DNA from: an uncultured archaeon
Lineage (GTDB): Archaea; Micrarchaeota; Micrarchaeia; Micrarchaeales; CABMGC01
Assembly (NCBI GenBank): GCA_963704435.1
Contig: OY969902.1
Location: 600,001-632,000, forward strand
Reading direction: 5' to 3'
DNA: 32,000 nt
In this document: positions 27,044-32,000 of the stretch, piece by piece
Layout of the letters: every line of letters begins with the position of its first letter
Numbering within the stretch: position 1 is the stretch's first letter
Translations under genes and position numbers: made by a program
Notes under the pieces: model-generated
The model's database searches: none
What the model was told of the DNA's origin: nothing
The model's input: the letters and a program-made list of their open reading frames with translations, nothing else

Positions 27044-29740
27044 CTACTTTCTGGTTATCCTGCCCTGCGCGGAGCGCTTGGATCCCCCGCCCTTGAAATC
27101 CTGGCCCTTCAGCCTCTCGCTGACCAGCTCCGCCGCATTGGCCTTTGACGAGACGCCGGTCATGCAGACCACGTCACCCTCCCTGTTCTTAAGAAGCACC
27201 GCGCAGTCGCTATTCCTCTTTACGAGCAGGTCGGCTATCCTGACCATCATCTTCCTGTCCACATCCAGCTCCCTCTCTATGAGCTCGCCGTCCTCGATCG
27301 ACTCCGCGATGCTGTAGGCTAGCAGGTCGCGGCCCTTCTCCAGCTCCTTGTGCATGGCCCTGTTCTCGTTCTGAAGCTCCTCGAGCCTCTTGTCCAGGAG
27401 GAGGGGCTCAGAGTTCATAGCATCAGCAAGCCTCCCGAGCTCTCCGTGCTCCTCGCGGAAGAGCCTGAGCGCGGCCGGCCCCGCGACGAACTCTATCCTG
27501 TCCACCCCGTCGTGTATCCGGGCAGTGCTGATTATCTTGACCATCCCGACATAATTCTCCCTCCCGACCGCGTGCAGACCACCGCAGGCCTCCGCGTCGA
27601 TCAGGTCATTGTCCAGCGTCCTTATGGTGACGATGCGCATGCTCTTCGATGGCGCGCCGTGGCCCTGGTAGATGGAGAAGCCGTACTTGGATTCCGCGTC
27701 CCCCCTGCTCATCTCCACCGCGCTGACCCTTATCCCATTGAAGAGCCACGAGTTGACGAGATCCTCCATGGCAGCGACCTCCTTATCATCGAGTTTTTCG
27801 TAGTGCGCTATGTCGATGTGCGCCTTCCCGTATTCCTTCTTGGCGCCTTCCTGCCACGCATGCTCTCCCAGGACCCTCCTCGCGGCCGCGCTTATGAGGT
27901 GGGTGGCCGTGTGGTGCGCGATTATGGATTTCCTCCTCTCCTCATCCACCACCGCCTCGACATTATCCCCTTTCTTGAACTTGGTGTCCTTCTCTGCCAC
28001 GTGCACCACGACGTCTCCGATCTTCTGCACGTCGACGACCCTCACGCCGCCCACCGTGCCCGTGTCGGAGGCCTGCCCCCCGCTCTCTGGGTAGAAAGGC
28101 GTCTTGTCGAGCGCGAAGTACCTGCCCTTGGAGAACACTACCCTGGCATCGGCCTTTGTGGCGAAATCGTAGTACAGCTTCTGCGTTCCCTTAAGGGACG
28201 CGGGAAGCGCGATGTCGAGCTTCTTCGCCTTCTCCCTGCCTGCGGAGTTGTCTGCGATGATGTCCATGTAGACGTTCTCCGGAAGCCTGACCTCCACCCC
28301 CCTTTCGTCAGCCACCCGGGTTATGAGCTCGGGGGTTATCCCGCTGCTCTCGTAGAGCGTCCTTACCTGCTCCTTGCTTATGGTGTCGCTCTTGTCCAGT
28401 AGGAGCTCTATGGCCCTCTTCGCGCTCTCCCGGGTCTTGCCGTACCTCGCCCTCTCTACCTCCACGACCTTGTCGAACGTGTCGAGCCTTCCGTGCAGTT
28501 CGGGGTATGTGCCTTTGAGCTCCCCAGCGACCATGCGCGCGAGCGTCTGCATGTCGATGTCGAGCTTGTAGGTGTCGATGAAGTCTAGTGCCCTCCTGAG
28601 TATGATGCGCAGGTTGTATCCGCCTCCGACGTTGGAAGGGAGCGATCCGTCGGTGATGGCGAACAGCAGCGTCCGGGTGTGGTCGACGGTCGCGTACAGC
28701 GCCTGCATCGGCTTTATCTTCCTCTCGTAGTCCCTCTCGCTTATCCCGGTGCGCTTCAGTATCCCCTTCTCGACCGCGCTCACGTTGCTGACCTCGTCGC
28801 GATTGAGCTCTCCGCCGTGCACCGCGAACCTGCCGTAAAGCTCGTGGTCGAACTCGACGTCCACCTGCTTCCGTACCTTTGAAAGGGTCCCGCTGAAGGC
28901 GGCCTCGTACGCGTTGCTGTGCCCTGTGTAGAACCAGAGGGCCCTCTCGAACCCCCAGCCCACGTCGACTACCTTGTTCGTGAGCTCGCGCACCTTCCCG
29001 CCAGCGAGCTCGAACTGCGTGAATACGCTGTTGACTATCTCGAGGCCTCCCGAGAAGCTCTCCAGGCACGGGCCGAACTCAGAGAAGTCGCCCATCGCCC
29101 ATACGTCCTCGTGGTAGCTTATCTCATCCTCAGGTATCCCTATGACCTTGGTGAGGAAGTCGAAATTGAGCTCTATCGCGCGGTCGCGCCAGTAGCCCTC
29201 CTTCGGATAGTTGAAGGCGGTCTGGTTGGCCATCATGAACGACGTGAAGTGCGATCCAGTTACTCCGACGTTCTCGGTGTCGTTGAACCGAAGGCACATC
29301 TGCGGCACCATCAGCGGGTTCGCCCCGTACTCGAAGCCCATGAACCCGTTCTCGAGCCGCTGGAAGTCCTGTATCCCTGCAATCGTGAAGTACAGGTCCG
29401 GCCTCCACCTGCTCACGACAGGATACCTCTTCACGATCTCGTGGCCATTGTCCTTGAAGAACTTCGCGAACCTCTTCCAGAAGTCGGAGTAGCCGATGTG
29501 TTGCGGCCTGTCCTTGAAGAAGCTGTAGCTGTTGTGCGAAGAGTCCCCGCAGTTGTCGGTGTCGGAGATGCTCCAGAAGTTCATGCCGCAGTATTTGCAC
29601 GTGCGTCGCCTGAAGCCGCGATCCCCGAACAGCTTGCTGTGGTAGTATTTCCTGTAGTCCTTGGCGAATTCTCTCTTCAGGTAGTCCTTCCTCAGTCCTC
29701 CACGCTGCGCTACCAACACGCTATCTATCCCTTCCACCAC
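27044..29740 (-). CDS. alaS: Alanyl-tRNA synthetase (archaeal type)
   Basis: TCKYCGMNFWSISDTDNCGD, GVTGSHFTSFMMA, AHHTATHLISAAARRVLG, EACGGLHAVG. Likely GTG start near 29737-29740 rather than 29779. Confidence 0.96.
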   Translation of the reverse strand: MVEGIDSVLVAQRGGLRKDYLKREFAKDYRKYYHSKLFGDRGFRRRTCKYCGMNFWSISDTDNCGDSSHNSYSFFKDRPQHIGYSDFWKRFAKFFKDNGHEIVKRYPVVSRWRPDLYFTIAGIQDFQRLENGFMGFEYGANPLMVPQMCLRFNDTENVGVTGSHFTSFMMANQTAFNYPKEGYWRDRAIELNFDFLTKVIGIPEDEISYHEDVWAMGDFSEFGPCLESFSGGLEIVNSVFTQFELAGGKVRELTNKVVDVGWGFERALWFYTGHSNAYEAAFSGTLSKVRKQVDVEFDHELYGRFAVHGGELNRDEVSNVSAVEKGILKRTGISERDYERKIKPMQALYATVDHTRTLLFAITDGSLPSNVGGGYNLRIILRRALDFIDTYKLDIDMQTLARMVAGELKGTYPELHGRLDTFDKVVEVERARYGKTRESAKRAIELLLDKSDTISKEQVRTLYESSGITPELITRVADERGVEVRLPENVYMDIIADNSAGREKAKKLDIALPASLKGTQKLYYDFATKADARVVFSKGRYFALDKTPFYPESGGQASDTGTVGGVRVVDVQKIGDVVVHVAEKDTKFKKGDNVEAVVDEERRKSIIAHHTATHLISAAARRVLGEHAWQEGAKKEYGKAHIDIAHYEKLDDKEVAAMEDLVNSWLFNGIRVSAVEMSRGDAESKYGFSIYQGHGAPSKSMRIVTIRTLDNDLIDAEACGGLHAVGRENYVGMVKIISTARIHDGVDRIEFVAGPAALRLFREEHGELGRLADAMNSEPLLLDKRLEELQNENRAMHKELEKGRDLLAYSIAESIEDGELIERELDVDRKMMVRIADLLVKRNSDCAVLLKNREGDVVCMTGVSSKANAAELVSERLKGQDFKGGGSKRSAQGRITRK

Positions 29741-30597
29741 ACTTTGCACTCGTTCCCGAAGAACCTGCAGAAGTTGCACTTCCTCGTCTCGCTCTCTGGC
29801 ACCGGCGCGCTCTCGCGCTTCCCGAGCCAGAATCCCATCGCATAGACAAGGTCCTTGCCCATGGCCTCCTCAGTGTAGTCGACGTCTATGCTGGCTATCT
29901 GCTTTCCGCTGAACCTGTCGACGTAGGCGACCTCCAGCCTGTCGCTGAGCTCCGGCATGCTGCATATCTCGTTGAACATCTTCTTATACATTTCATGCGT
30001 GTCGAGCATCTCGTCCTGTATGCCCATAGCCACGAGCTCCCTCCTGAAAGCGTCCGACAGGCCGGACTTCCCTGGCGCGACCCCGTAGACCGCGGAGAAG
30101 TTCTCGTAAGCGTACCTCTTCGACCTTATGTCTTCCATCATCTTCCTGTAGAGCATGACCTGGACGATGTGCGGCCTAGTGTAGCTGCCCTCGAGCTTCC
30201 TTCCTGCCTCTGTGGTCTTCCGCTCGACCACTTGGATCCTCCCATCCTTGAGCCTCATCTCATCTATCTGCCCTGAGATGCGGTATCCGTTCACGGACCC
30301 GTAGACCCTGAACTCCCTGCACACGCCCTTCCTTTTCAGGGAGTCGAGCGACATGACGTTCTCGTACGCGGTCTTGTACATGTAGTCCTTGAACGTGACG
30401 GGCTCTATAGTCAGGGGCACGTACACCTCCTCCTGGAGCGCCTCGTGGACCTGCCTGCCCTTCGCCATCTCCTTCGTGTACTTCCTGCCGTGGATGCAGC
30501 TGAGCTCCATCTGCCTCTCGCACCAGAACTGGTTGGCTATGTCCGTTACCCTTATCGAGGTCTTCTTCAGCCTGCCAAGCACGCTAGCCTCCGCCAT
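29725..30597 (-). CDS. Cas4/EXO5-like PD-(D/E)XK exonuclease with a 4-Cys Fe-S signature, not CRISPR-linked here
   Basis: VTDIANQFWCERQMEL ... KGRQVHEALQEE ... ISGQIDEMRLKDGRIQVVERKTTE ... CNFCRFFGNECKVW. Confidence 0.8.
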   Translation of the reverse strand: MAEASVLGRLKKTSIRVTDIANQFWCERQMELSCIHGRKYTKEMAKGRQVHEALQEEVYVPLTIEPVTFKDYMYKTAYENVMSLDSLKRKGVCREFRVYGSVNGYRISGQIDEMRLKDGRIQVVERKTTEAGRKLEGSYTRPHIVQVMLYRKMMEDIRSKRYAYENFSAVYGVAPGKSGLSDAFRRELVAMGIQDEMLDTHEMYKKMFNEICSMPELSDRLEVAYVDRFSGKQIASIDVDYTEEAMGKDLVYAMGFWLGKRESAPVPESETRKCNFCRFFGNECKVWWKG

Positions 30598-30672
30598 ATG
30601 GAATCGTCCCTACAAAACAGATCAGACCGCCTATCTCTCGTCATAGCATAGCTCAGCGATCTTAGTCATCAT

Positions 30673-31347
30673 ATGAGCTTTTATTTATTGATGAAACTTA
30701 ATAACCCTATGCAGCTTCTCGACAGATACGACCTCTTCATCTTCGATTGGGACAACACCCTGAGCAGCTCCACCGCACCCATCAGGGCGATGCAGCTCGT
30801 GAAGAAGGACGTCCTGCTGTGGTACGCCAGGACGCACAGCGAGAAATACAGGAAGGAGCTCACCCTGAAGATGGACGACATGCTGAACAAGGCGGCCGAG
30901 AACAACTTCTACGCGAAGCTGTACGACACCTACTCGCGCTTCTTCAGGCCCGGCCTCAAGAGCGGGGCTCTCGATGTCCTGAGGCTGCTGAAGAGGAACG
31001 GGAAGAAGGTGGCGATATTCAGCGACGCTAGGACGTACCGCCTTTTCAGCGAGACGCGGGGCCTGGGCGTGCTGAGGTACGCGGACCTTGCGCTGGCGGC
31101 CGAGTCGATACACTATTACAAGCCTAATCCGGCTGGGCTCCTGCTGATAATGGACAGGTTCAAGGTATCCAAGGCGAAGACGGTGTACATCGGAGACATG
31201 GCCTCGGACATCCTGACCGCGAAGTTCGCGGGCGTCGACTCCTGTGGAGTGGCGGACGGCCTGGACCCGTACGACGGCCTGAAGTCCGCCGGTGCCAGTC
31301 ACATGTTCAGGAATATGAGCGGCCTGCTGAGCACGCTTGAAGCGTAA
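30673..31347 (+). CDS. HAD-superfamily hydrolase
   Basis: LFIFDWDNTLSSS, VAIFSDARTY, HYYKPNPAGLLLIM, TVYIGDMASDILTAKFAGV. Start 30673 or 30688 (MKLNN). Confidence 0.88.
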   Translation: MSFYLLMKLNNPMQLLDRYDLFIFDWDNTLSSSTAPIRAMQLVKKDVLLWYARTHSEKYRKELTLKMDDMLNKAAENNFYAKLYDTYSRFFRPGLKSGALDVLRLLKRNGKKVAIFSDARTYRLFSETRGLGVLRYADLALAAESIHYYKPNPAGLLLIMDRFKVSKAKTVYIGDMASDILTAKFAGVDSCGVADGLDPYDGLKSAGASHMFRNMSGLLSTLEA

Positions 31348-31452
31348 TCGCGCGCCGGCGTCTTTTCCCTTCGCAAATCACACAAACATTTATAAGAGAT
31401 TCAAATCATATAAATTGACGCAGACAGTACTGTTCTGCAGAAGATGGATTGA

Positions 31453-31722
31453 ATGAGAAGTGAAAATGAAGAAGAGGGCGGAAGAGGAGGAGAAAGGAGA
31501 GGAATGAACCCCAACTACTTCCTGCCAAAACCTGTGAAAGTAGGGGACGTGATAGAAGTAACCATCGAAGGCACTGCAAGCAGGGGGGACGGGATAGCTA
31601 AGAAGGACGGTTTCGTCATCTTTGTCAAGGGCGCGAAGCCGGGAGACAAGCTCATGGTCAAGATAACTGACGTGAGGACCAGGTTCGCCATAGGAGAGCC
31701 GGAAGCGGCATCGCAGAGCTAA
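31453..31722 (+). CDS. Small TRAM-domain protein
   Basis: PVKVGDVIEVTIEGTASRGDGIAKKDGFVIFVKGAKPGDKLMVKITDVRTRFAIG. ATG 31453 or 31504. Confidence 0.9.
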   Translation: MRSENEEEGGRGGERRGMNPNYFLPKPVKVGDVIEVTIEGTASRGDGIAKKDGFVIFVKGAKPGDKLMVKITDVRTRFAIGEPEAASQS

Positions 31723-31886
31723 ACGGATTTCCGAAATTTATTTCGCGTGCGCGCCCGATGCGCGCCGCTTTTCCTATTTCTATCTTTCTTTACGGTGGAT
31801 AACTCTGCCCCGATTCACAAGCTGTTAGCGAAGCACACGCCGATCAAAGATAACATATAAATAATCCGATTGCAAGGTTTGGTTCG

Positions 31887-32000
31887 ATGGCTCAAAACGG
31901 TGCGGAAAAGAGGTTTGTCAAATTCCTGTTTGTCACAGACTGGGCTCTGAGCGCCGACCTCGCTTGGGAACTCCAGAAGGAAGGTCATGCCGTAAAGTTC
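31887..32000 (+). CDS. 5' end of a CDS cut by the window edge; possibly a PurD-like/ATP-grasp N-terminus
   Basis: ATG 31887 after a TATA-like segment (acatataaataat); translation MAQNGAEKRFVKFLFVTDWALSADLAWELQKEGHAVKF. Confidence 0.5.
   Translation, partial: MAQNGAEKRFVKFLFVTDWALSADLAWELQKEGHAVKF

Noticed and set aside
27350-29845. Long plus-strand ORFs (27350-28402, 28919-29845) antisense to alaS
   Set aside because: They are mirror ORFs from high-GC codon bias; the translations are Leu/Arg/Val/Pro/His-rich without domains, and alaS on the other strand is unambiguous.
29725-30597. Evidence for a CRISPR-Cas locus around the Cas4-like gene
   Set aside because: No direct-repeat/spacer array and no other cas genes; neighbours are alaS and a HAD hydrolase.

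Overview
This window is a dense, GC-rich archaeal chromosome segment. Gene content includes a thermosome, an AglB/STT3 oligosaccharyltransferase, the D-family DNA polymerase pair DP1/DP2, SecY, Taw1/TYW1, L34e/L14e, CarS and archaeal-type AlaS. Small genes, many TTG/GTG starts and a broken spc-operon tail suggest a small-genome or deep-branching (DPANN-like) archaeon, but that is inference. I see no CRISPR array, transposase or prophage. The clearest non-trivial element is a complete tRNA-Arg(UCU) gene on the minus strand (7905-8029) that no ORF explains. It appears to carry two introns: a 17-nt intron at 37/38 and a 33-nt intron inside the T-loop (59/60) with a full bulge-helix-bulge geometry. 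Other candidates are: (i) a densely structured intergenic segment (20720-20858) next to two near-identical palindromic operator/TATA units (20868-20922); (ii) a HerA/DUF87-like ATPase with a possible C-terminal PD-(D/E)XK-like nuclease domain next to endonuclease IV; (iii) an 11-bp perfect inverted repeat with a G-rich loop between convergent genes (26350-26397); (iv) a V4R-domain gene coupled to secY; (v) a DUF929 thioredoxin-like protein paired with a Cys-rich membrane protein; (vi) a small membrane protein coupled to the Oxa1/EMC3/Get1-like DUF106 gene. All family calls are by recognition of sequence motifs only; no database search or folding program was run.
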